A stretch of DNA of 64,000 nucleotides from the human T2T-CHM13v2.0 reference genome, Homo sapiens. Location: NCBI GenBank assembly GCA_009914755.4, contig CP068257.2, positions 23,008,001 to 23,072,000 of the forward strand, given 5' to 3'. The translations under genes and the position numbers were made by a program. The notes beneath the pieces are model-generated. The model saw only the letters and a program-made list of their open reading frames with translations, searched no databases and had not been told where the DNA came from. Positions 1 to 14,340 of this stretch are shown here, one piece after another (the first letter of the stretch is position 1; the number at the start of each line of letters is the position of its first letter).

Positions 1-240
1 GGCACAAAATTACAGGGAGGCTGGTAGTGCCTCTTTACTCTGCAAATCCAGACAACTAAGACATTTGGGAAAGATTGTATGATCATAGGCTTGTATATTA
101 AAACCTTTTAAAAATTACGTTGAAACCTGCAATTTTATATGTTAGACACACTTCATCAATCATAACACTGGAAACAGTAGAATTATTATTCCTCTAAAAG
201 CACCTGCCGCTAACTTAGTGATTAGGGTAAGTGAGGGATT

Positions 241-652
241 CTGATATGGTTTGAATATGGCCCCCAAAATTTCATGTGTTGGAAACTTAGTCCCCAGTGC
301 AACAGTGTTCAGAGGTGAGACCCTAAAGAGGTGATTAGGTCATGAGGGCAGAGCTCATTCTTACTGTTGATTTTACCAAGAGAGTGAGAGTAGCTTATCA
401 CAGGAGTGGGTTCCTGCTAAAAATATGAGTTTAACCTTCTCCCTTTCTTGCTGTCTTTCTTGTACATATGTGCATGTGTGCTCTCCCGATCTTCTACCTT
501 CCACCATAGTATGACATAGCAAGAAGGCCCTCACCAGACACAGGCCCCTCAACTTTGGACTTCCCAGTCTCAAGAACTATAAGGAATAAATCTTTGTTCT
601 TTATAAATTATCCAGTCTTAGGTATTCTATTATAGCAGCACAAAACAGAAAA
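241..652 (+). mobile_element. Ancient MaLR-type LTR (MLT1-like), probably a solo LTR
   Basis: Begins tgatatggtttg...cccaaaatttcatgtgttgg...aggtgattaggtcatgagggcag and ends aataaatctttgttctttataaattatccagtcttaggtattctattatagcagcac. This matches the recalled MLT1/MaLR consensus termini. Subfamily not assigned. Confidence 0.55.
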
Positions 653-3620
653 AGACACTCTCTATAGCACTTGACAAATTCAGTGAAGCCATATGGTCTT
701 AATTTCTAACAAGGTTATATTGTGCAATGGTCAAAGGGAAAAGAACTGGAGTTTATGGTTTGAAAGTAGACAGGTAGATTCACAATATACCAAAGTTTTC
801 CCTTCCCTGACATTTAGTCACAGCAGTGACTCTTTGGTGTTGGGTAAATATTTAGGGTTTTGAGTCAGTTTAGAGGGTCAGAGAGAGGAGATGTAGCAGC
901 AAGAGAAGAAAATAGGGGGTTTCAAATTTTGCTAATGGGAACAAATGGGGTCACCAACAAATAATTTGAGAAAAAGTGTTATCATATTTTGATATTAATT
1001 AGTTTGATATACTATTGACTTTATACATTATCAGGTAACATACACATTACTTACTACTTACTATAGGTTGCAAATAATATTTTCTTGCATGAACCATAGG
1101 ATTCAAATTCTTCGACAATTCAAGGGAGTTAGTTTTCATTTGCAACTAGAATAAATCACTTGACTTCATAAGAGTGAACAGGGAACAGATAGACACTGAT
1201 GCTTATGAAGAAAAAACAGCACTATATAGAAAAACAAAAGGAATATTCCCAGGGTGGCATTCTGACAGAAAGTATCTTTGAATGTCCCCACTGCACGCAG
1301 TGAAAAACATCTTTTAAGACACATTGCAAGTAGTGCTTAAGTAATATCGTTATATCAAAACATGCCATCATTTAAACTTATCTGAATCAGCTACCGATAT
1401 ACAGACTTTCAGTTATATATAATTTCACCAATTTAGTCATTTTACTACAGTCTATGTCAAACTGAATATTAATGTCAAAAAAACCCCAAAACTTCATAAA
1501 AGATGCTTGAAGATGCATAAACATATTTTAATGAATATTTTGACATTATCTAAAATTCCAGACATTTATAAATAATGATTTGGCATTTTGATTTAATTTA
1601 ATTTATTTGTATTTAAATATTTCTTGATATATAATGTGCATACAGGTGTACATGCACAAAGCATTAATGTAAAACTCAATGAATTATTATAAGGGAAATA
1701 CATTTCTGCAACGATGAAATAGAATGAGCTCTGTTCTGCCCCTGAAAACCATTTTTTCCCTCTTCCTTCCCAAAGGTAACCACAATCTTAAGAACTAATG
1801 TTGTAGGTAAACTGTCTTTTTATACAAGTGTTTTTTAACAGAACATTTTAAACATATATAAAATCAACAAAATATGATAATAGACCTGACCCCCAGCCTT
1901 GGCAATTACTAATCATGTACCATTTTTGTTTCATCTATAGTTCAACCCATTCCCCGCCCCTGTTTTATTGTTCTTTCTAGTCATTTTTTGTGAGATAGGA
2001 TGTATATGCATCAAATGTACAATCTTAACTGAACATTTTTAACAAATTAATATGCCCCCATGACCTTTTCCCCTTTAAAAAATAGAAGTACCTCTATTAA
2101 CAATCATTAATGTGCTTGTCAATCACCTGGAAATATTGAAAATCCAGATTTTGATAAAATAGATCTAGGTTTTTTTCTGAGAATTTGTATGTCTAACAAG
2201 GTACGGATCCATGGAGCACATGATAACTAAAAGGTCTCTTCTATCTGAAGTACGTATAATTAAGAACAATTGACCTCAGGTGAAAGGACAAATCGAAACA
2301 CATGTACAATATGCCATCTGTAGGAGCATGTGGTTAATAATAACATGAACTGATGAAACAATTTTATAATGATTTTAATCTAAAATTAGCAAAATCCCTA
2401 TTATGGTTTCCATAGAAATGCTCTTTCAGAGTAAAAAAAAATAGTATGAGAGGGCAATAGTTAAAAACAGCAAAGATTTGGATGTAGGTGTCTTATAAAG
2501 TAAGCTTCAGATTTGGAAGTAGATGTCTTATTAAGTAAGTAGTAGACCCCTCTTCACACTCGTAGGTGGTCTTTGCAGAATTACCTCAAATTCAGTCATT
2601 TACACATCAATTGCACATACTTCTCATAGCTTCCCTTTAAAATGATATTTTAATACCCTTACAAAATTTAACTCCGTTTCTTTATCAAATTAAGTAACAA
2701 AACTTTTATATGATATTATGCATTCCATTTATATTAAACTTAAACTTACACAACTTTATTAGGCAGTGTCTCTGTGTCTAGTACCTGATATTCCTTGGGG
2801 TTCCGCCATTTGCACAGGCACCACAGCTGAGAAGCAGGGATTCACCAGACAGGATAGTCCTTGCGTCTTTTTCTTTCTCAGGGCATGAGTTAATCAGTCA
2901 ATCAAGTCATGTGAGAATAGACCATACATTACCTAGCATAAAAGTCTCATTCCTGGGCACTCTTCTCAGAGGAGGAAAAGACCAGAAAATCCTCTTAGGG
3001 GCCATTTCCTGAAACAAGAGCTAAGGGCTCTAAGGGGTCGGGGCTCCGATCAGAAGGTACAAATTTCTCAGGAGGGAGGAATGAGGCAGTCATTCTGAAC
3101 CTGGATCTCCATCATCCTTTGTCCCATCTCATCCAGGCATTTCTGAGGGGCTGTTCTGAAGCATGTCTGGATGGTGGAGGTTGGGGAACAGTGTGGGCTT
3201 TGATGGGACTCAGGTAAGGTATTTCAAGGGGAGGCAGAAGGTCAATGCTAGCCATCTGGAATGGTGTCCTTGTAGGTAGTGGGTTGCCTCTTTGGGTTCA
3301 AGTCCAATTTCACTAGAGAATGGGCTGGAGAGTCTGGAAGATTCCCATCTCTGATGCTCTGGGGATGGGGTCTGGAAGGAGCTCAGTCTCAAGATCTTTG
3401 GGAAATTATGGAAAGTCTGTTTGGGAACTTGGGAAGACCTGGTGTCTGAATGTTTGATTTGCTGTCCTGGCCACATATATCCTTTGCAGGCAGAGAGCTG
3501 GGTTTGCATTCACATCAACACAACCGTGAGCCAGAGGTTGAAGTGGCCATGGCCCGTATCTTGGTGGCAGGCTAGGGTACATCAAGAGAGAAAATTTCAA
3601 GTCTGTTGACAGCCTTGTTC

Positions 3621-3836
<216 letters not shown>

Positions 3837-4189
3837 TAAATATAAGAAAGTTCTTTTTATATTTGTGTTTTAATGTTTTGAATGTGTTCAGTATTTAATT
3901 TTGTATCATATCACATAGCTATATTGTGAGAAATAATGAGAACCAAGGAATAACGCACAATTTGGGGGAAGTAATATTTCCTTTTCAAGTTAATTTGTGT
4001 AATCATATAGAATGAATAAATATTTATGTAATGGTTAGAATGACAAAGGAGGTAACATTAAGCGTAAGAAAATAACTTTGATTTTTTTTGGACCCATTTA
4101 TCCTTTTTGGGTTTATCACCTACTTCTAAATCTCTTTCCACCATATTCAGATAATTCACTGTGGGTTCTGTTGCCCATTCTCCAAAGTA

Positions 4190-4490
4190 TTTTTTTATTT
4201 TTATTTTTTTGAGACAGAGTCTTGCTCTGTCACCCAGGCTGGAGTATAGTGTGTGATCTTGGCTCACTGCAACCTCCACCTCCTGGGTTCAAGTGATTCT
4301 CCTGCCTCAGCCTCCTGAGTAGCTGGGATTACAGGTGCATGCCACCGTGCCTGGCTAATTTTCGTATTTTTAGTAGAGACGGGGTTTCACCATATTGGCC
4401 AGGCTGGTCTCGAACTCCTGACCTCATGATTCACCCGCCTCAGCCTCCCAAAGTGTTGGGATTACAGGCATGAGCCACAGAGCCTGGCCC
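4190..4490 (-). mobile_element. Full-length Alu (AluS-like) with TSD
   Basis: Starts with a poly-T run then gagacagagtcttgctctgtcacccaggctggagt and ends ...gggattacaggcatgagccacagagcctggccc. Flanks caaagtattttttt / caaagttttttgt form the TSD. Confidence 0.9.
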
Positions 4491-4696
4491 AAAGTTTTTT
4501 GTATGTGCAATTGTCACTCCTACCTTCTGCTCTCAAAATTATTGTTCTTTGAGTTTGATATAGCCAATGCTGCTTCATCATGCTACTGAAACCTGTGCCA
4601 TTAAGTGATGTTCTTGGAGCTGTAGCTGACCACTGTCACAGCTTTTACAAGCACTAGCTCTAGGTATGTAGGTATGACAGGCCTGGGCCTGGAGTT

Positions 4697-4996
4697 TTGT
4701 TTTTTTTGTTTTTGTTTTTTGAGACATGGTTTGGCTCTGTCGTTCTGTCACCCAGGCTGGAACAATGGCATGATCGTAGCTCTTTGTAACCTTGATTTCC
4801 TGGGCTCAAGCAATCCTCCTGCCTCAGCCTGCTGAGTAGCTGGGATTATGGGCATGTTACACTATGCCAAGCTATGTTTTTTATATTATATTTTATATTT
4901 TTTATAGAGATAGAGTCTTACTGTGTTGCCTAGGCTTGTCTTTATCTCCTGACCTCAAGCAATATTCCCACCTCAGCCTCCCAGAGTACTTGGATT
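4697..4996 (-). mobile_element. Alu (diverged, AluJ-like)
   Basis: T-rich tail, then gagacatggtttggctctgtcgttctgtcacccaggctggaacaatggcatgatcgtagctc ... cctcagcctcccagagtacttggat. Confidence 0.85.
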
Positions 4997-5672
4997 TTTT
5001 GTGTAAACCATTAGCCCCAGCTTGAAGTGTTCTTAATACTGATGAAACCTAGCATATATTTACCAACTGGACTCAGTTTCTTGGAATTGCAGTTTGCAGA
5101 GACCATTCTGTGTTTTGTGCTTAATAAGAAATAATCCCACTCTCCTTTAAGTGTATTTCTCTTTGACCTTATTCTCAAAACAATCCTACCTTTCAATCTT
5201 AAATTTTCTAAACAATCTTTTCAATTGTTGGTCTTTTATTTTCTGGAGCCCCGAACCCCAGCTTCCACCACCAAGTCAGATAAAAGTTCATTGAGGCTGG
5301 TCTTGGGAACAGTTTTAGTGATATTTTTAAACTTGTTACTTCCCTCTGATGGCCAAGTTAATATTAATGAAAAAATTGGTAGGTCTTATTCACTCTTCTC
5401 TAAGGTGATTTATTACCCAAGAAACATTCTCTTAAAGCCCTAGACATTTATTATCCTGTGAATTATCCATCTATTGTCAAAGAAAAAAGTATAAATACCA
5501 GTGACTATTAGAAAAATAAAATCCCTAGGCAGTATTGAGACACAGCTGAGATGGCTAAACATGAAATAACAAAAGAGGAAACATCTCCATTTTTACCAGA
5601 TTTTTGTTTTGTCAGCCCATCATCATCTTTTTTTTTTCTAAATATGAAATATGAAGTACATGCTTTGGTTAA

Positions 5673-5987
<315 letters not shown>

Positions 5988-8900
5988 CTGAAATTTTTTT
6001 CAGGTAGTTTTGACAAAGGAAAACAGAAAAAGCAGTTGAATGTTGCCAAAAGATTGCTTGAATCAGTGCATCACAGAATTTAAAATATCAGATGCATAAA
6101 ATATAAGCAAGCAAATTCAGAATTGTCTTGCTAGGTAAGGAGTAAGCATTCAGTGCTTAATAAACCAGACAAAAGGACAGATTTCAGCAAAAAAGATGGA
6201 GTGTTAAGAAGATATGGTGAGACCTTTATATTGAAAGTTTTACAGTTACAAATTATACCAAGGTTTACGGTATACAGACAGTAACTGATGTGGATAGAAA
6301 ATCATATTTGATAACTAGAATGATCACACATGTTCAAAAATGTGGAAGAGTTCACAGACTCCACAGAGGATACTCACATAAGACTTCTAACAAAGGCAAA
6401 GAATATGGTAGAGCTAGAGGAAGAGATTACAGGTAAACATCTGAGATGTGAGGGATAACCAGGACTGACCCACCCCAGAGGGTTTTTATTCACACAAGAA
6501 CGTACATAGGCTCTGAAATGAATTGTCAAGATGAGTTGAAAAGTTGAAAAGCGTTGGTTTCGGAGGACTTCTGGCAAAAGCCTCCAGCTGACTCTTTCAT
6601 GTGTCTCTTGTCTAATTTGTAGGTGAATACTATCCGTAAACATAATGGGCCTGAGTGTCACCAAGAGAACTTTGGACTTTAAGCGGAACATGATGAATCA
6701 TTAATCAATTAGTAACTTAATTAATTAAACTAATTTTAGCCAAGCATCAAATTCTGATGAGAAATTCTGAGAGACAAGGATAAATATCTTCCAGTCCAAC
6801 TGTTAAATAACTGGCTTACACAATATCCTGCCCCCATAGTGTGAATTTGTTGAAGTAATTTGTGTTAGACAAAGAGTTGAGTAAAGTTGTGTCAGCTGCT
6901 AAATTTAGGAAGGAAGTGCCTAGAACTTGGAGATGAAATTAATGAGGAGACATTAGGATTAACAGATGGTAGTGGACTCAAAGGTGCCAGTATTTTTATG
7001 CAGGCATGTAGTCATATATTGATTCACAAGAACTCAAGGAAAGTGACAAAAAGGCTTATTCTAACTTCCAACCTTAAAGCTTATTTTTGAACCTGAGTCT
7101 GCCTTTGTAAGGATTATTACAGTGAGATTAGTTTAATTGCCTGACTCCATCTTGCTTCTGGCGTTGTAGGCTGATTGTCCTCGCTCATTCCTGGGCATAG
7201 GCCAAGCTAACCATGGAAGAAATTTAGTGTTTGATTTAATGTTGAAGCAAGAATAATAGTCCCTTCCTAAAACTGATTCTCTCCTTGTTTGGGGACTGAG
7301 ACTGTCTTTGCAAGATTATTGAAGTCTACAAGGTTGGGATTACAAGAGGAGCCTGAATTCAACTAAAATGTAGATATACAATAATCAGCTATTGCACTGC
7401 GCCTTGCTTTTCTATAACCCCTTACTGCTCAGGAGTCATGTGGTCAGAGGTCTCAAGTTTGTGACTTTTCCAGTTGCTCCTGTAGATAGCATCATTATTG
7501 TGGAAGCTAACATTGGTCTTTTGAGATGTTTTCCAGACTTTTGTGCTCTGGCTCACTGATTCCACCTGGACCCAGGACTCATGACTGGACTGGTTCTGTG
7601 GCCCCATCCAGAGGATGACTCAGCCACAAGGATAGTTTTCCACATGCCTATGACTTCATCCCCCATCCACCAGCAGCACCCATTTCCTAGCTCCCTGCTA
7701 GGCAAATTATGCACGAAAACCCTAGACTCTGAGTTCTTGGGGAGATGAATTTGAAAATTAACTTCCATTCTTCTGCTTGGCTGGCCCTGTGATTATTAAA
7801 CTTTGTCTTTGCTGCCAAAAACCTGCTATTCTCAGTGCATTGGCTTTTCTAAACAGTGGGCAAGATGAACCCATCAGGTAATTATACTTGCTAGTCAATC
7901 ATTCATTTGTTTATTTAATACTCTCTTTACAATTATTCCAAAAAAAACCAGCTAAAAATTCCCTCTTCACAAAAAAATGCATGCCCTTGAGTTAGAAATC
8001 ATCAAGATAATTCTAAACAGTTGCTTTATGTAGAATTGCCAATATTAAATCATGAGCTTTCAGTAAACTACTTGGTAATCTAAAACCTACTTTGATAATT
8101 GCAATTTTATAAATATAGGCAGGCAACAGTCACAAGTTTTTAAATTAAATGGCAAATACAGTGTGCTTTATGTTTGGTTACTTAAAGTATGAGCTCAATG
8201 TCTATAGCTTAATAAAATCTGAAATTTAACTTAAAGTGCAAATATACCTTCTCCATATTATGGATGATGCACTGCTCACCAATACATTTCACTTAAATCA
8301 CAAAAGATTAGGTAATATTAATGCCATGAGTCTTTCCAAATAAAGAATTTTCCATATATATGTTGATTGATAGCCATGAACTCATTCAAACCTCAGGGAA
8401 AAGCTGAGTGATGTCAAGCAGTTGCCAACTATGCAGATTGATCAAAGTAATACCTCATTGCTCTGGAGACAATGACAGGAACTCATGTTGAATTTGACAG
8501 GTTCACTGACATTAGCTCTAATAAGACCACATTTCAGTGCAGCTGCATTAGGCTACAAACTGAACTGCTCCCTGCCAGTAGTCCTGGAAAAGGAGAAATG
8601 ATTCATGCTATCAGATACTGCACAGACAAGCAATGAGTGTTTACTACTTGAATGAGATAGAGTAGACATGCTTTATTTCCTCCATAATCTTCTTTGAATT
8701 GCATTTGCCCAAAACATCCCAGTATTTCAAACAAATAAATACTACCCAAAGTATGTCTCCATGCTCACGGATCTTGCAGAGATATTTGTGTCCAGGCCTT
8801 ATCTGTTATGGCCCCAGAGCTTTAGCCTTTAGATCCATGACCCATGATAGCATTGGATACTCCTAATTAACTACACAGCTTTTAATCAAATTAATATGCT

Positions 8901-9993
8901 CAAATGTGTGATGTCCGAAGAAAACAGTAGACAGAATTCTGAGAACAAAGATTCCTGCGTAAATGCTGCATAGTGAAGATTGTCATTGAGTTCAGCCTTA
9001 ATTTGATGATTTGACTGAAGAAGGGGCAACAAAAGGAGCAAAGCATTTCAAGGAACAGAAAATGAAACAAAATCATGAAAATATTAAAGACCGGGGTGTG
9101 TTAAATGTTCTAAGAGATGCCTGCTCCAAAAGGAACTGTTTGCAATTTAAGGCTACAAATCACACTTAGGGAGGAACACAGTTGGGTGACTCAATGAGAG
9201 AGATTGTTAAAGCCTTGGGAAGGAGGAGGAAAATCTCAATCTCAGCAATGCATACGTTTAAAAAATAACTGTGAATATTTTTAAATTGTGGTATGAAATA
9301 AGAGAAAAGCTTATATTTTAGGAAAAGTTGATCATTTAGTATTGTGAAAAACTGATTGGAGATTAAAGAGTCAGGAGGAGTTAAGATGACTATGACAAAG
9401 CCAGTTTGCCAGCCTGCTGCCTCTGGGTAAATTTTTATTCCAGTCTAAGAAGTTACTGGTAGAAATGGAAATTATGCAAGAGACATAACTGAAATTTCAA
9501 TGAAAAATTAATGTTTGATGATCTATTTAGCAAAGGAGAGAATAATAAGGGAACTTTATTTTTATTTTCTCAAGGGTATTTTAATTATGAAACAAATATT
9601 AGCAAAACGTGAAATGATTGTTTTTCTTAGGTTGGACAACATTGAGAAACATGTTTACTTTTGTTATTGAAAGGCTGCACATGCCCTCAGCTTAAAAAAT
9701 CTATTCAGGATTTTTTTGTCAGATTTTTAATGTATATTTTATACAATTTATTTCCGATCAAACATTTAATTATACTACCTTTCTATGCTGCTTTTTTGGC
9801 AAATTTAAATATATATTGTAGAAATTCTAAAGAGTATCATAAATCTTAATTTCTCTATCATATATCTTCAATAATTACATCTATTTTGCCGTTTTGTATA
9901 AGTTATATCTCCACTCAATCCTCTCTCCCTATCTTAATTATTAATATTTTAGATGTTTTTCTAGGTGAAATTTATTTAATTAAATTAATTGAT

Positions 9994-10286
9994 TATTTTT
10001 TGAGACAGGATCTTACTCTGTCTCACATGCAGTAGTGCAGTGGCGTGATCTCAGCTCACTGCAACCTCCGCCTCCCAGGTTCGAGTGATTCTTCCACCTC
10101 AGCTTGCCAAGCAGTTGGGATTACAAGCATGAGCCACCCCGCCTAGCTGATTTTTTTGTATTTTTAGTAGAGTCCGGGTTTTGCCACGTTGGCCGGGCCG
10201 GTCTCAAACTCCTGGCCTCAAGTGATCTGCCTGCCTCAGCTTCCCAAACTGCTGGGATTACAGGTGTGAGCCACCACCCCTGGCCC
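9994..10286 (-). mobile_element. Full-length Alu with 13-14 bp TSD
   Basis: Degenerate A-rich tail (as ttaattaaattaattgattatttttt on the + strand), then gagacaggatcttactctgtctcacatgcagtagtgcagtggcgtgatc ... caggtgtgagccaccacccctggcc. ctaggtgaaattta occurs at 9961-9974 and 10287-10300. Confidence 0.9.
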
Positions 10287-12263
10287 TAGGTGAAATTTAA
10301 ACATCGTATCTCTTCCACCAACTTTTAGCCTTCTATGATGATTTTTATTTATCTGGCATATTTTTATATATTATGGATATTGAAAGAGGAAATAAGTTGT
10401 ATTAAATTTTGGCAAGGAGGAAAATAAGATGTTGAATACAAAGATTCTCTGAGGAGAATGTCTACTGATAAATAAGAAAACCGTAAGGTGAAAAGATGTT
10501 GTTAAGGGAAATAAAATCAAAGGCCCACTCACGCTCTTCAAAATGTCACTAAAACATAGCGGTATTCATCCTCTTCCTAGGTAATTTAAGCCAGGCTAAT
10601 CTACTTACAGAATTATGGATCGTTAAAATAAATTGCCAGTATTTGCCAATTTTCAAGGTGACCAAAGAGGACTCAGTTTGTCTCCTGTTGCTCTTTTTGT
10701 CCTTGAGGTTGTATGATGTCTCTAAGTCTTGATTGTTCACTATGAGACCCAGTCCCAGCCCCTTCTTCACTGCTGATATTGTTCTCCTCATATGTTCACA
10801 TTTGATGGGTAGATATAAAATATAATGCTGCCTGCATAAGCCACTCCTGGTGGTTTAGACCTAGTGGAGGCAATTAGGTAGGTAGCATTATATTTTCCTA
10901 GTAGAACTTTTGTGCACCTCAGTGATTCCTAGGAGAGAATCTAGCATTACTACTACTAGCAAATTAAGAAAAAAAGCAATATAAGGACAGAATAAACATC
11001 GACTTTCATTAATTTACAATATAGCACTGTTCAGAAAAAAAAATATCAGTGGTGGATACATGTGAAGATCTTCTATAATTTTACGTGATAGCCTCCAAAC
11101 TAACATTTAAGCCACTCGAATTGTGAGGCAATATGATATTCATTAGAAGCTGTGCCAGCTGCAACAACCATTAGTTTGCCATCAAATGAAAAGGCATTCA
11201 ATGTTTCCACTGATCCCTCAGGCCCTAACACAGTCTTTAATGTACAAATCTTCTTAGTTATTCATCCTTTAGAATGTTTAGGTCAGGGAAATTTTAAAAG
11301 ATTTTGAAAGAATATAGTAATAATGATCTTGCCTTCTCTATGTAAAATTTTGAATATTTACTAGATGTGTGGCCTGCTTAAGCACTGAAATATTTTTTAA
11401 GCCATGTGAAATCTTCGTGAAAACGGGTGAGAAGTATATTTTTATAGACTTTGAGATGTAACAAAAAAGACTCAAAATGGCTTAAAATATAGAGAATTGG
11501 CTTTAAATATAGAGAACATATTACCTCTAATTTCAAAAATTGCCAACGTAGATGATAACTTCAGAGGTCCAATACTATTTACTTAAAAAGAAACCCCCAA
11601 GTTGTTTTCCAGGACAGAACAGATTTCTCCTCTTATTTTAATGACGAGAATGTGTTCACTTATTCTTTTCAATCGATTTCTGAGAGGGAGCCTTGAGTTA
11701 AAGATAAAGATGGGATGAAAATCAAATATAAAGATGGAGTGAGTAGGCACCAAATGGTGTGTGAGTGCTATGGTAAATTTAATCATCTTCACCTACAAAT
11801 AAACAAGTTAAAACTTACAAAAGTTCATTCTTACCTAAGATCTACCAATTTATGACTGTTAAAGCCAAAATTGAGAATGATTTTAAATTTTATCCATATT
11901 TCCCCAGTATAATCTATTTTTAATATATTCATTAAGTTTAGATGTATTTAAAAGCTACTAGATAAATTATGTTAGACCTTGAGGTTTAAAAATGAGTGAG
12001 ATAACCCCACAATGAATGTCATCCAGAAAGGCCAAACATATAATAGATTGCATATTAACGAATGCATGTTAAGTGAAAAGATACAAATATGCCCTCACAT
12101 GAGACTGCATAGGGGAGGTGTTAGCAGCAGTGAATCCATACAGGTATGCAGCAACTCAATTATAGTCTCCTCAAAGGAAATAATTCGTCCAAGGGGCATA
12201 AGGCAGAGTGAGAGACTGAGGCAAGTTTTTGAGCAGGAATGAGAGTTTATTTAAAGGTTGCAG

Positions 12264-12835
<572 letters not shown>

Positions 12836-12900
12836 TTACCTGTCAAGCGTTCCTAAAGGAAGGTTATATACCAGTTAAGCTCTGCCTTTTTGTCTCTTAG

Positions 12901-13204
<304 letters not shown>

Positions 13205-14277
13205 TAACAACGGACTGACCATCACGTGATGGTCGCCTGACACTCCTGGAGGGGCCCTTTCCCGCCGTGCTCATGTCTGCCTAGCTACCTACTCTAACAG
13301 AGGGACATATAACAAAGTGCAATGGGACTTGAAGGAAAGGAGACAGATGACCTGAATCACAAAGAATGAGACCCCACATTTATTGAAGTCACTGGGAATC
13401 ATCTAACAGAAAAACATGTGCATCTACAGCTAATGAAAATGTTATTTTCTTTCTCTATCCCTATTCCTGATTTTACGTACTTTTGTTTTTCATTGTTCTT
13501 AATATTTGGTTTAGTTTGTTTTGAGACTTACGTAAGAGCTGGGTTTTATGGCTTTAAAATCTCTACATTAACCATGGACATTTATATAAATTTATCATAT
13601 GCATAAAATCCGAAGAAGAAAATTTATGTACTCATGAAAATGAATGATCTATTTAAAAAGAAAGCAAATTGAAAATGGAAATGGCTATAAAATTATTTCA
13701 TTGGTCAACTGGCAAAATACTCTCAGCAATTTTTCTGACCTATGAATCTAAGCATTTTTAAGTATCATTGCATTGTTATATAAATTCTACTTGTATTATG
13801 CCAGCAGATTTCAAAAGCCTCTCTTTTTTTTGCCTATTGTGAAGGTAGGAATAAGATGTTGTATCAGAAATCCACAGTTGCTTCTGTAGGGAAGGAAAAA
13901 AAATCTTTTTTCTCTACCCATTTTAGTTACAAGTTTGAGGCTCTGTAATGTAGACTAACAAAATGCAGATTAACAAAAAAAAATCCACCATGAAGTTTAT
14001 TAGTGTGCATATTGCAGTTACACATGGGAACACTTAGTGATGAGGAACTCAAAGGGTGATTATAATTGGAGTTTATATAGCATCTTAACAACAAAAAAAA
14101 ATGTAAATTTTTAGGGAAGTGACAAGATAAAAAAATCAAGACTGAGTTTTTAGGGTAGCAAACAGTAGAAAGGTAAATACATGGAGGAAACTAATGGAAG
14201 AAAGGGCTTGTCATGCAGGCTCTTCTAGTGCTATATCTGGGCTGATAGGGTTTAGAGTTGTCACAGATGACTGGTGA

Positions 14278-14340
14278 TTGGTGATTAACTTCTTTCCTTC
14301 TACATAGAGAGTAACTTCTTTCCTTCTACATAGAGAGTAG
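14278..14340. repeat. Local tandem duplication (~28 bp unit x2)
   Basis: aacttctttccttctacatagagagta occurs twice back to back. Confidence 0.75.
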
